A DNA stretch of 61,234 nt from an uncultured Cellvibrionaceae bacterium (GTDB taxonomy: Bacteria > Pseudomonadota > Gammaproteobacteria > Pseudomonadales > Cellvibrionaceae), in the NCBI GenBank assembly GCA_964641175.1, contig CAZXLJ010000003.1, forward strand, positions 1 through 61,234, read 5' to 3'. Each line of letters opens with the position of its first letter. The stretch's first letter is position 1. The notes below the pieces were generated by a model that saw only the letters and a list, made by a program, of their open reading frames with translations, did not search any database and was not told the origin of the DNA. The translations under genes were made by a program, and so were the position numbers. Below are positions 41,170 to 51,032 of the stretch, in pieces.

Positions 41170-42096
41170 TCACCGCACCGTCGAGATCGCATACTGCAAA
41201 AGGCATTCCGGAGCGGCGAGGTGTACGGGCATCCCGATGGCGATCGCCCCAGTGCCTTGTAATAAAACTTCCCTTCTGTGAATACGGGTCGACGTGACGC
41301 TGCTTTTGGTCGACTCTGTTGCCCCTCTGCACACAAATGTTCCATTTGTACTGAAATCGCGCAGGAAAACCTCACCCCATCGAACCTCCAGATGCGCGTG
41401 GGTGCGGGACGCGAGTTCGCTTTGTATAACCAGTCGACACTCGTCCCCGCGACCAATGGTGAAAGGGGGAAGTTTGCTGCAAATCTCGTAGAACTGGTTT
41501 CCATAACTGATCTTGATCTGAACAGGGCGGGCGCTGTATGTCTGGGTCAGGTGAAGATCAGGGTGAAGAGAAGTGGCGTAGTCAGAGTCCCACAGTATCT
41601 CCTGAAGTTTGAGTGGCGCTGATTTGCCTTTCACCCTCGTAGTCTGATAAGGCCGGGCGCTAATCCCGGTCGTGTGCGCAATGGTTGAACTCGTGGTGAT
41701 GATGCGTCCGGCATCACAAAGTGCTACCACGCGTGCCGCGACGTTGATGGTGTCCCCAAAGGGGTGAGTGCCGGCAAACTCCACCGGCCCGCGGTGAAAT
41801 CCAATACGGATCCTGAGAAAATGTTCGTCGCAAACCGGGTGATTTAAAAAGTGGTGCTGAATTTTCGTTGCTGCAGTTACTGCGGCGATGGTAGTCGGAA
41901 ACGTGAGCATGACCTCATCTCCGATAGTCTCGATAAGGCGACCGTTGTTCTGTTTGGCGTGGCTCGCAATTGTGGAAAGCCCCTCAACCACGCATCTATG
42001 CGCCAGTTGGTCACCTAGCCGCTCATATAGCTGAGTACTACCTGCAATATCGGCAAACATTACGACCAGCTGTTCGTGGAAGAGTTGTTCTGACAT
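41170..42096 (-). CDS. Class III adenylate/guanylate cyclase domain fused to C-terminal FHA domain
   Basis: ORF 41170..42147; start taken at Met 42096 (MSEQLFHEQLVVMFADIAGST). Cyclase motifs are FADIAGST, ETIGDEVMLTF and GDTINVAAR. The C-terminal FHA-like part is FTIGRGDECRLVI...SRTHAHLE...FLRDFSTNGTFV. Confidence 0.85.
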   Translation of the reverse strand: MSEQLFHEQLVVMFADIAGSTQLYERLGDQLAHRCVVEGLSTIASHAKQNNGRLIETIGDEVMLTFPTTIAAVTAATKIQHHFLNHPVCDEHFLRIRIGFHRGPVEFAGTHPFGDTINVAARVVALCDAGRIITTSSTIAHTTGISARPYQTTRVKGKSAPLKLQEILWDSDYATSLHPDLHLTQTYSARPVQIKISYGNQFYEICSKLPPFTIGRGDECRLVIQSELASRTHAHLEVRWGEVFLRDFSTNGTFVCRGATESTKSSVTSTRIHRREVLLQGTGAIAIGMPVHLAAPECLLQYAISTVR

Positions 42097-42333
42097 GTTG
42101 TATTCGTGCCGCCCTGCGTTAACCGAGCTTGCCTGCGTCCATCCCACGGGTAGCCCCTGGAAGTCCGGCCCGGGATAGTGGCGCCAATTTTAAGCCTAAA
42201 CGGAACTGGCTTCTTGCGGGGGGCTGAAGGACTGGGTTTATGGTGCCATTTCCCTCAGGACGAAACGTCATCATCTTGCCAAGTGCGGAATGCTATATGT
42301 TTCCTGACCGGTAATGGAGTTCCGGTAAGCCCG

Positions 42334-42564
42334 TCAGTAGTCCACAATCATGCTGACAATGAATATAAGTGCGAGGAGGAAGACCAACGTAAACACAACG
42401 CCTGCCACTAAAAACGGCACAATGCTTTTCTGCTGGAAATCATGCTGCCTGTTCTGATCACTTTGAACCCCGAACGCCGCGGCAAACGTGCTCAGCATTA
42501 TGCGTCTCCAGGACGGCTTGTGGCGTTCTGGAGGTTGGTTTTCTGTAATCGATTCTCTGGTCAT
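42334..42564 (-). CDS. DUF2970 domain-containing membrane protein
   Basis: 76 aa. ...FAAAFGVQS...R..DF followed by a C-terminal TM helix, the typical DUF2970 layout. Confidence 0.65.
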   Translation of the reverse strand: MTRESITENQPPERHKPSWRRIMLSTFAAAFGVQSDQNRQHDFQQKSIVPFLVAGVVFTLVFLLALIFIVSMIVDY

Positions 42565-42914
42565 CAGGATTCATTTATCAGTTTAAGTAAACGTGTTGGA
42601 TTGTACCCCCTGACTACTTCCCCATTGATCACCGATATGGGCACGCCCTGAGCACCCAGCGCTTCATATTGCCGTGCTCCTTCAGGAGATTTTTCAATAT
42701 CGAATTCCACAAATGCAACGCCCGCCTTCTCGAACAGATCGCGGGTTTTCGCGCAGTACCCGCACCACGCCGTCGCGTAAAGAGTTATCTGCGCCCGAGC
42801 GGCGACAGCGGGATCGACAGCAGGTATGTCCGGATTCACGATCATTTTCCAGCTCATGGCAGCCAGACCCAAGCCTAGTGCCGCGATGATTGCCACCGTT
42901 TTTATAATCCGCAC
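42564..42914 (-). CDS. Glutaredoxin family protein with N-terminal signal/anchor
   Basis: 116 aa. N-terminal hydrophobic segment, then ITLYATAWCGYCAKTRDLF (CxxC) and a ...GVPISVING... thioredoxin fold. Confidence 0.8.
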   Translation of the reverse strand: MRIIKTVAIIAALGLGLAAMSWKMIVNPDIPAVDPAVAARAQITLYATAWCGYCAKTRDLFEKAGVAFVEFDIEKSPEGARQYEALGAQGVPISVINGEVVRGYNPTRLLKLINES

Positions 42915-42931
42915 AATCTTTTACCTCAGTA

Positions 42932-44962
42932 TCACTCGTTCTTCGTGATTGTACCTGGCTCGTAATTAAGGTTTGGACGAAGCCAGCGTTCAATCACGGT
43001 CTTGGAGACGCCTTTACGCTCGGCCAACGATTCTACCTGATCTTCCCCGATTTTTCCCACGGCGAAGTATCGGGCATCCGGGTGGGCAAAATACCAGCCC
43101 GACACGGACGCCGCCGGAAACATGGCAAAATGTTCAGTAAGCGTAATGTCAATATTCGCTTCGGCTTCCAGGAGTTTAAAAAGCGCCGTTTTTTCGCTGT
43201 GATCAGGACATGCCGGATAACCGGGTGCGGGGCGAATGCCTTGATATTCCTCTTTGATCAGCGCCTTCAAGTCGAGGTTCTCATTTGAAGCATATGGCCA
43301 GAATTCCTTCCTGACTCGCAGGTGCAACTGTTCAGCAAACGCTTCAGCCAGGCGGTCGGCCAACGCTTTGACCATGATGGCGCTGTAATCGTCGCCTTTG
43401 GCGACGTACGCCCGAGAGAGTTCTTCTGCGCCAATCCCCGCCGTGACCGCGAAAGCGCCAAGGTAGTCGGTGACCCCGCTGCTGGCAGGGGCGACGAAAT
43501 CCGCCAGGGAGAGAAAGAAGTCCTGATTATCGCTTTTCAGCTGTTGTTGTCGAACCTGATGCAGACATACAGTGCCCCTGTCTGTTTTCACAATGATATC
43601 GTCATCTACCGAATTCGCGGGCCAGAATCCTATGACTGCGGACGCCTTGATGCGGGCGTTATCGACCAGGTCTCTGAGCATTCGCTGCGCATCGTCGAAG
43701 AGGTTGCGGGCCGCTTCGCCAACGACTTCGTCTTCGAGAATATCCGGATACTTGCCGGCAAGATCCCAACTGATGAAAAATGGTGTCCAGTCAATGAAAG
43801 GTACGAGTTCGCCGAGGGGGTAATCGGCAAATACGCGCAGACCGGAATGCGTCGGCTCTACAGGCTGGTATCGCGGCCAATCATATTTCCAGCGCCGCGC
43901 CAGCGCCTGCGCATAAGGGACCATAGGACGACGCGATCTGCGATTGGCAGTTCTCTCCCGGACTTGAACATATTCTGCTCGAGTTTTGGCGATAAAGTCG
44001 CCGCGGGCCTCATCCGAAAGCAGTTGGCTGACTACACCTACGGCTCTGGACGCATCGGACACGTATACAACCTGATTGCGGGTAAATCTCGGCTCAATTT
44101 TGACCGCGGTATGTGCTTTGGACGTTGTAGCTCCCCCAATCATCAACGGCAGATCAATTCCCTGTGCTTCCATTTCGCAAGCGACCGTAACCATCTCGTC
44201 CAGTGAGGGTGTAATCAAGCCCGATAGCCCGATTATGTGGCAGTTCTGCGACCGGGCCGTTTCCAGAATTTTCTCGCAGGGCACCATGACGCCGAGATCT
44301 ATTACCTCGAAGTTATTGCACTGCAGCACGACCCCTACGATATTCTTGCCGATGTCGTGCACGTCACCCTTTACGGTGGCCATCAGAACTCTTCCTTGAG
44401 GTTTGGCTGCTTCGTCTTTCTCCGCTTCGATAAAGGGCTGGAGATAGGCGACCGACTGCTTCATGACGCGCGCGGACTTTACGACTTGGGGCAAAAACAT
44501 TTTCCCGGTGCTGAAAAGGTCGCCTACGACGTTCATGCCATCCATAAGGGGCCCCTCGATGACGTCCAGCGGCCGAGCTGCAGCCTGGCGGGCCTGCTCG
44601 GTGTCCTCGAGAATAAAGGCGTTAATGCCCTTGATGAGCGCATGTTCAAGGCGTTTGTTCACTGGCCAGTAGCGCCACTCAAGGTCCTGATTCTTCTGAT
44701 CAATCTGGGAAGCCCCGCGATACCGTTCTGCAATTTCCAGCAGCGTTTCCGTCGCCTCCGCCGAGCGGTTCAAAACGACATCTTCGACCGGATCTTTTAA
44801 TTCCGGGGGAAGATCATCATAGATTGCCAGCTGCCCCGCATTCACGATACCGATGTTCATCCCGGCCTGGATGGCGTGGTACAGAAAAACGGAATGAATG
44901 GCCTCGCGAACCGGATCATTACCCCTGAAAGAGAAGGAAACGTTGCTAACGCCTCCGGACAC
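42932..44962 (-). pseudogene. metH: Methionine synthase MetH, C-terminal fragment (end of pterin domain, cap/B12-binding, AdoMet-activation domains)
   Basis: [22 protein letters not shown], the B12 motif [15 protein letters not shown] ...[10 protein letters not shown] and a C-terminal activation domain ([12 protein letters not shown]). It is in the same frame as the fragment at 45035..46651, separated from it only by one TAA plus 24 sense codons that still read as MetH. Confidence 0.9.
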
Positions 44963-45034
44963 ACCGGCATGTGCCAGATTCTGCCGTATCCACCGAGTCG
45001 CTTCGATGAAATCGACCGCGTAGTTGTTGTGTTC

Positions 45035-46651
45035 TTAAATGCCGGGAGCAAATTCGAAAATATTTGGATCGAAAAAGATTTCCTGCGGCGCCATGCCGAC
45101 GTCATTGACCCGAATATTGTAACTGCGCTGGCAAATACCGATCTTGCGCTCCTGGGTGTCAGCTTGACCCTGTTCGTCAAATGCCATAACGACTACCGCC
45201 GCACCGTACCGCAAACAGGCTTTGGCCTGCACCTTGAATGCGTCTTCACCTTCCTTGAGGCTTATTGAGTTGACGATTGGCTTACCCTGAATGCACTTCA
45301 AACCAGCTTCGATGACAGGCCATCGCGACGAATCCACCATGATTGGCACCTTCGCGATATCAGGTTCTCCGGCAATCAGATTCAGAAAGCGGACCATGGC
45401 CCTTTCTGAATCCAGCATGCCTTCATCCATATTGATATCAATGATCTGCGCACCGTTTTCAACCTGATCGAGCGCGACTTCCAGAGCGGTTGAAAAATCA
45501 TCATTGATGATAAGTTTTTTGAATCGGGCGGAGCCGGTAACATTGCAACGCTCGCCAATGTTCACGAACAGCGAATCCTGGCTGATCGTGAACGGCTCCA
45601 TCCCGGCCAGACGGCACGCCGGCGGGATATTGGGCTGGGCGCGCGGTGCTTTACCGGCCACGACATTAGCAATGCGCCGGATATGCTCGGGAGTTGTGCC
45701 GCAACATCCCCCGACAATATTAAGAAACCCCTGATTCGCAAACTCTTCCACTATGCTCGCCATCTCTTCCGCGGATTGGTCGTACTCGCCAAATTCATTT
45801 GGCAGGCCGGCGTTTGGATGCGCTGAAACATGACATTCCGCTATACGAGCCAATTCCTTGATATACGGACGCAGCTCCTTGGCGCCCAATGCACAGTTGA
45901 GTCCGATGGAGAGCGGCTTAGCATGCATCAAGGAGTTGTAAAACGCTTCGGTGGTCTGACCGGACAGAGTCCGGCCCGACGCGTCGGTGATAGTCCCAGA
46001 AATCATGATGGGTAGCTGGTATCCCATCTCGTCGAAACAGCCCAGGATGGCGTAGATGGCAGCCTTTGCATTCAATGTATCGAAAATGGTCTCGATCAGC
46101 ACAATATCGATACCGCCTTCGACCAGCGCTTTCAGTGCCTCCGTATAATTCAGCACCAGTTCGTCGAAATGCACATTGCGGGCGGCGGGATCATTAACGT
46201 CTGGAGAGATCGAACAGGTGCGGCTGGTGGGGCCTAAAACACCGGCAACAAATCGGGGGCGGTCCGGGTTTACGCGCTCAAATTCATCGGCGGCCTGCCG
46301 TGCAAGCAGGGCAGACTGGCGGTTCAACTCCGGAACCACAGATTGAAGTTGATAGTCGGCCTGAGAGATACCTGTGCTATTAAAGGTATTCGTTTCAATG
46401 ATATCCGCGCCGGCTTCAAGATAGGCCCGATGGATGCCCAGTATGAGATCTGGCTGGGTGAGACTCAGAAGATCATTGTTGCCAGCTAAATCCTGCTGAT
46501 AATCGGCGAACCGTTGCCCGCGGTAATCGGCTTCTTTCAGCTTGTGGGCTTGGATCATGGTGCCCATGGCACCGTCCAATACAAGGATTCTCTCCTTCAA
46601 CGCTTTTTCTAAAGACTGTTGGCGTGTCGCGATACTACTCATCGGGGGCAA
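45035..46651 (-). pseudogene. metH: Methionine synthase MetH, N-terminal fragment (homocysteine-binding and most of pterin-binding domain), ending at an in-frame TAA
   Basis: 538 aa. The Hcy domain ([13 protein letters not shown], ...[11 protein letters not shown]) is followed by a pterin-binding barrel that ends ...[15 protein letters not shown](45035-45037). Confidence 0.9.
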
Positions 46652-46749
46652 CCTATATCAAAGTTTTTTGATGCAGGTCGGGATTGTACCAGATACCCTC
46701 CCCGAATTCGGCAAAGTCGCCATTGGCGGCCGACCGTTAATAATTTAGA

Positions 46750-46777
46750 ATACCCGACTATTTTAGTAGGGTATAAT
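46750..46777 (+). promoter_or_regulatory. Candidate nfuA promoter -10 (TATAAT 46772-46777) overlapped by inverted repeat ATACCC-N13-GGGTAT
   Basis: ATACCC (46750-46755) and GGGTAT (46769-46774) form a 6-bp inverted repeat. TATAAT lies 31 nt upstream of the nfuA ATG. Assignment as an operator is inference. Confidence 0.3.
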
Positions 46778-46808
46778 CCCTCGTCGCTCTCACCAACGGG
46801 AAAGAACT

Positions 46809-47417
46809 ATGTCTGATGCTCGAAACATTGAGCCGAATGTCAATATAACTGCTTCTGCTCAAGGCTATCTTCGAGATTTGCTGAGTAAACAGAATTGCGA
46901 AGGAATTGGTATTCGGATGTTTGTATCGTCGCCGGGAACGCCCCAGGCTGAAACCTGCATTGCATATCTCCGGCCGGGTGAGGAAAAAGACGGTGACGTC
47001 CGGGTGCCCTTGGATGGTTTCGATGCCTGGTTCGAAGAAAAGAGCATTCCCTATCTCGACGACGCTAAGGTGGATTACTCTGCAGATCGCATGGGCGGGC
47101 AGTTGACTATTCGGGCACCCAATTCAAAAATGCCTAAAATTAACGACGATAGCCCCGTTGAAGACAAGATCAATTATGTACTTTTCAATGAGATCAATCC
47201 CGGATTGGCGGCGCACGGAGGCAATGTCAGTCTCATGGAGGTGACTTCAGACAAATATGCCGTTCTGAAGTTTGGCGGTGGCTGTCAGGGTTGTAGTGCC
47301 GTAGATTTGACACTCAAAGAAGGGGTTGAGAAAACCTTGAAAGAGCGGGTACCTGAGCTCGCCGGAGTTCTAGACTCCACGGATCACTCGGATCGAAGTC
47401 AAGCGTTCTACAGTTAG
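46809..47417 (+). CDS. nfuA: Fe-S biogenesis protein NfuA
   Basis: 202 aa. Degenerate A-type N-terminal domain plus a C-terminal Nfu domain with the GGCQGC motif ([16 protein letters not shown]). Confidence 0.93.
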   Translation: MSDARNIEPNVNITASAQGYLRDLLSKQNCEGIGIRMFVSSPGTPQAETCIAYLRPGEEKDGDVRVPLDGFDAWFEEKSIPYLDDAKVDYSADRMGGQLTIRAPNSKMPKINDDSPVEDKINYVLFNEINPGLAAHGGNVSLMEVTSDKYAVLKFGGGCQGCSAVDLTLKEGVEKTLKERVPELAGVLDSTDHSDRSQAFYS

Positions 47418-47439
47418 AGCCGGCGGAGCAAGGACAGCA

Positions 47440-47466
47440 GCAGGGGAGTCGGGACGACTCCCCTGC
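47440..47466. terminator. 12-bp perfect GC-rich hairpin between convergent nfuA and the DAHP synthase gene
   Basis: GCAGGGGAGTCG (47440-47451), loop GGA, CGACTCCCCTGC (47455-47466). Confidence 0.55.
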
Positions 47467-47482
47467 ATGGACGTCTCTGAAG

Positions 47483-48574
47483 CTACCGTGTGATCGAAGT
47501 ATTCCCGCGGCCGGGTAATATGCTCCGCAACTTTTTATGCATGGTTCGAATCGCCGTTTCAGTTGTTTCCCAGTCAATACAGGCGTCCGTCACTGAAATG
47601 CCATAGGCGAGATCCTTCAGGTTTGCCGGTATTTTCTGGTTGCCGCAGCCAATGTTGCTTTCAACCATCACCCCGATTATGGAACGGTTTCCTTCCAGAA
47701 TCTGATTGCTCACGTTGTCGAGTACTAAAGGCTGTAGTTCATGGCTTTTGTTCGAGTTAGCGTGACTGCAATCAATCATGATATTGCAGGCAACACCGGC
47801 ATCTTCCAGCTCTTTTTCGCACATGGCCACACTGACAGAATCGTAATTCGGTTTGCCGTTACCGCCTCGGAGTACAACGTGGCCGTAGGAGTTGCCTCGT
47901 GTATGAATGATTGCTACCTGGCCTTCGGAGTTTATTCCCAGAAAACGATGTGGGCTGGATACCGACTGGAGGGCGTTAATGGCAACTGAAAGGCTCCCAT
48001 CGGTGCCATTCTTGAACCCCACCGCAGTCGATAGCCCACTGGCCATCTCCCTGTGGGTTTGGGATTCAGTTGTGCGGGCGCCGATTGCCGACCAGGAAAT
48101 CAGATCATGCAGGTATTGAGGCGAGATTGGATCGAGTGCCTCGGTGGCAGCGGGAAGCCCCAGTTCAGCGATGTCGAGCAGCAGTTTCCGGCCAACATGC
48201 AGGCCATCTTCGATTTTGAATGAGTCATTGAGATAGGGATCGTTAATCAAACCCTTCCAGCCGACTGTGGTTCGCGGTTTTTCGAAGTAGACGCGCATTA
48301 CTATGAACAGCGAATCCGAAACCTCTTCCGCCAGTTGCTTCAGGCGGCCGGCATAATCGATGGCTGCTTCAGGATCGTGTATGGAGCAGGGACCCAGAAC
48401 TATCATCAACCGATGATCCTGTCGATCCAGGATGTTGCGAATCGTTTGACGTCCTTGGGTTACCGTCTGAGAGGCGGACTCCGTCAGAGGCAAATTTGCC
48501 TTCAGCTCTCCCGGGGATATGAGGATGTCCTGGGACACCACGTTCAGGTTTTCGACATTCAAAGTATTGACCAT
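47483..48574 (-). CDS. 3-deoxy-7-phosphoheptulonate (DAHP) synthase, class I (AroF/G/H type)
   Basis: ORF 47483..48832. The real start is most likely Met at 48574 (MVNTLNVENLNVV...), which aligns with the E. coli AroG N-terminus. LGPCSIHDPEAA, KPRTTVGWKGL and IDCSHANS motifs. The isoenzyme type cannot be determined. Confidence 0.92.
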   Translation of the reverse strand: MVNTLNVENLNVVSQDILISPGELKANLPLTESASQTVTQGRQTIRNILDRQDHRLMIVLGPCSIHDPEAAIDYAGRLKQLAEEVSDSLFIVMRVYFEKPRTTVGWKGLINDPYLNDSFKIEDGLHVGRKLLLDIAELGLPAATEALDPISPQYLHDLISWSAIGARTTESQTHREMASGLSTAVGFKNGTDGSLSVAINALQSVSSPHRFLGINSEGQVAIIHTRGNSYGHVVLRGGNGKPNYDSVSVAMCEKELEDAGVACNIMIDCSHANSNKSHELQPLVLDNVSNQILEGNRSIIGVMVESNIGCGNQKIPANLKDLAYGISVTDACIDWETTETAIRTMHKKLRSILPGRGNTSITR

Positions 48575-48886
48575 AACCGTTTTCTGAATAAATGCATGGA
48601 ATGGGGACTCGGCCCCGCGACGGCCATTGTAATCTATCGGTTTTGGCTTGTCCGTAAACCAATTTAAATCACTGCGATAGCCTGGGGTTCCGGCAGCGGT
48701 GACGATTGCAGAGTCGGGGAACGGCCGTAAGTGCACGAGAACCCACGAGGCTTGATTACGCAGACTCGCATCTTCAGTATAGGCGCGCTCCGGCGCTGAA
48801 CAGTAACACCCTGTGGTCGCCACCGCGTCCAAAGCGCCGCCCGGCCTTGGATCATTTGGAGCGACCTGTTAAAAGATTAACCAGAG

Positions 48887-49597
48887 ATGACAGCTATGAC
48901 TCCTGAGCGGTTCAGGAAGATTCACCAGGTGCTCGAACGGCGGCAGCCGGATCTGACGGTTATTGCGGACGAGGTACATAAGGGGCGCAATATTGCAGCA
49001 ATTCTGCGGACTTGCGATGCCGTCGGCATAGACCGGATTCACTGCGTCCGGCCGGAGGCAGGATACCGCCCATACAGGGGTACTGCCCTGGGAACACAGA
49101 AGTGGGTTTCAATCAGCTTGTTTGAACACATCGAAGAACCATTAACAGCGTGTAAGGCCTCGGGCATGCAGATTGTCGTTACTTCTGTGGGCGCAGGCGC
49201 GGAGGACTACTGGATGCCGGATTACACCAGGCCCACCGCGCTAGTGTTGGGTTCAGAGCGGCTGGGGATCAGTTGCGCCGCAGAGCAAAAGGCAGATATA
49301 AAGATCCGGATACCGATGGTAGGGATGGTCGAGTCTCTGAACGTTTCGGCAGCCTGTGCCATTGTATTGGCCGAAGCACAGCGGCAGCGAAGGGACGCAA
49401 AAATGTATGACACGTGTCGTTTGGATCGCCATACCTATCAAGAGCGCTTCTTTCAATGGGCGCATCCCGCAGTTGCACGCTATTGCGATGCCAATGCGCT
49501 GGCTTATCCCGAAGTGGGTGACGATGGAGAAATTGTTGAGCCGGCCGCCTGGTATAGAAAGGTCAGGGAAATGGATACGATTGAAACCGATCCTTGA
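48887..49597 (+). CDS. trmH: tRNA (guanosine(18)-2'-O)-methyltransferase (SpoU/TrmH family)
   Basis: MTPERFRKIHQVLERRQPDLTV...VHKGRNIAAILRTCDAVG and ...IPMVGMVESLNVSAA... are collinear with E. coli TrmH. The start may be ATG 48887 or 48896. Confidence 0.85.
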   Translation: MTAMTPERFRKIHQVLERRQPDLTVIADEVHKGRNIAAILRTCDAVGIDRIHCVRPEAGYRPYRGTALGTQKWVSISLFEHIEEPLTACKASGMQIVVTSVGAGAEDYWMPDYTRPTALVLGSERLGISCAAEQKADIKIRIPMVGMVESLNVSAACAIVLAEAQRQRRDAKMYDTCRLDRHTYQERFFQWAHPAVARYCDANALAYPEVGDDGEIVEPAAWYRKVREMDTIETDP

Positions 49598-49689
49598 GAC
49601 ATCTATATCATTCTTCCTGAAACCCCCGTCACACTACCTGAGGCTGATATGTCCGTTATCGATCGGCGGGAAATATTCCGGACTAAACT

Positions 49690-49766
49690 TGGTCGGAGAA
49701 ACAGGATTCGAACCTGCGACCCCTGCCTCCCGAAGGCAGTGCTCTACCAGACTGAGCTACTCTCCG
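49690..49766 (-). tRNA. tRNA-Pro (anticodon CGG)
   Basis: The reverse complement reads CGGAGAGTAGCTCAGTCTGGTAGAGCACTGCCTTCGGGAGGCAGGGGTCGCAGGTTCGAATCCTGTTTCTCCGACCA. It folds as a cloverleaf with a 7-bp acceptor stem, anticodon loop TTCGGGA, T-loop GGTTCGAATCC and an encoded CCA. Confidence 0.92.
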
Positions 49767-49865
49767 AACTGTATTCCGTAAGGCGCGAAATTATGATGGG
49801 TTTTAAAGGGTTTGGCAATGCACCGGAACGCACCGCGTTAAAACTTTTCCTGCGTTAGAGGCATT

Positions 49866-51032
49866 ATGCAAAAAAACGTGCTGCTCCAGGCTCACACACG
49901 GTTAGCCAGCTGGCTGACAGATCAAGCTTTGCCCCTATGGGTCGCTCGTGGCGTCAATTGCCCGAATAGCTTCGCTTATGACTATCTGATGGCGGACGGG
50001 ACAGTAGACCGGAACGCGCAGCATAGCCTGGCTGTGCAAGCCATGCAGATCTATGCGTTTTCCCGCGCTGAGAAAATGGCCTGGATAAGGGACCGCCAAA
50101 GCTCAATTGAGCATATGACTACCAACGCTGTCCTGCTGGGGACTTCGCCCTGTCGCAGCAACGGTTTCGTGCATGTTCTGGATAGCAGTTTACGTATCGT
50201 TGATGCTGATCACTATGTCACTGATCACGCCTGGTTCATGATGAGTAGCGCTGCAGCCTGGCATGCCTTCAACAGAGGTACCGAGTTGCGTCGTTCATAC
50301 AATATCTTCGAATGGTTGCAACAGCGGTATGCCATGGATGCGGGAGGCTGGCGCGAAGGTAGCAGCGCAGGGAGTTCATTGCGGCTGAGCACGCAGATTC
50401 AGATGTGCGAAGCCATCGTTTATATTCACGAGTGTTGTGCGAAAGAAAAATGGTCACGGCACGCGGCTGAATTCCTGCATCACTTTACTACCCTCATCTT
50501 CGACGGCACTATAAATTCACTTACCGAACATCGATGCAGCGATTGGTCTCCCGACCGTCGCACGGACTGGCTCGTGCCAGGCGATTTGTATCACCTCGTG
50601 ACCCTTTTGGGTCGAATCGAGCGAGCTACTGCGATCAATACCCGGGAGATCGCATTGAGTATTTATCGGCAGACAAGGCGATTAATGGAAGGCGTTGAGG
50701 TCGGTACGGTTCCAGGCCGCATGAAAAGCGATGGCAGGGAGCTGGATTCCACCTACTGTCTCCGGCACGTTTTGCATTTGATCAGTGCTGCTGCCACGGC
50801 GTATCGTTTTGGTGAAGACGCTGCCCTGGAAACTGTAGAATCTGGCACACGGGCATTGTTCAATCACTATTTATGCACGAATACGCCAGGTCTGATGAAG
50901 GATGTACTCCCCTCAAGAGATCATCCTGGCTCCGATCGCTCATATGCGTCCAATCTTGCTCGAATTGTCGACCTGACAGTCCTCCTTGGCGAGGTCGCAG
51001 AAGCACGTGAGCCTCAGCTGGGCGCTAAATAA
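49866..51032 (+). CDS. AGE family epimerase/isomerase (N-acylglucosamine 2-epimerase / cellobiose-mannobiose 2-epimerase superfamily)
   Basis: 388 aa. The N-terminal pattern L..WL....LP.W...G.... and the repeated (alpha/alpha)6-barrel-like helices with conserved aromatic/His residues resemble AGE family proteins. Substrate is unknown. Confidence 0.65.
   Translation: MQKNVLLQAHTRLASWLTDQALPLWVARGVNCPNSFAYDYLMADGTVDRNAQHSLAVQAMQIYAFSRAEKMAWIRDRQSSIEHMTTNAVLLGTSPCRSNGFVHVLDSSLRIVDADHYVTDHAWFMMSSAAAWHAFNRGTELRRSYNIFEWLQQRYAMDAGGWREGSSAGSSLRLSTQIQMCEAIVYIHECCAKEKWSRHAAEFLHHFTTLIFDGTINSLTEHRCSDWSPDRRTDWLVPGDLYHLVTLLGRIERATAINTREIALSIYRQTRRLMEGVEVGTVPGRMKSDGRELDSTYCLRHVLHLISAAATAYRFGEDAALETVESGTRALFNHYLCTNTPGLMKDVLPSRDHPGSDRSYASNLARIVDLTVLLGEVAEAREPQLGAK

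Noticed and set aside
43322-44206. Long antisense ORFs inside well-supported genes. Examples: 43322..44206 (+, 294 aa) within metH, 39817..40473 (+) within cysI, 28174..28881 (+) within mltD, 16542..17210 (+) within acnB, 21426..21992 (+) opposite ppiB.
   Set aside because: They lie opposite genes with unambiguous family motifs. Their composition is Arg/Gly/Pro-rich and low in complexity, as is typical of shadow frames in moderately GC-rich DNA, and no family was recognised.
48575-48832. 86-codon N-terminal extension of the DAHP synthase ORF. Similar upstream extensions occur on other ORF-track entries (1533, 5823, 7023, 11487, 11942, 16323, 39020, 42147, 57994).
   Set aside because: Alignment to known family N-termini places the starts at internal Met/GTG codons. 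The extensions overlap neighbouring genes or lack protein-like composition.
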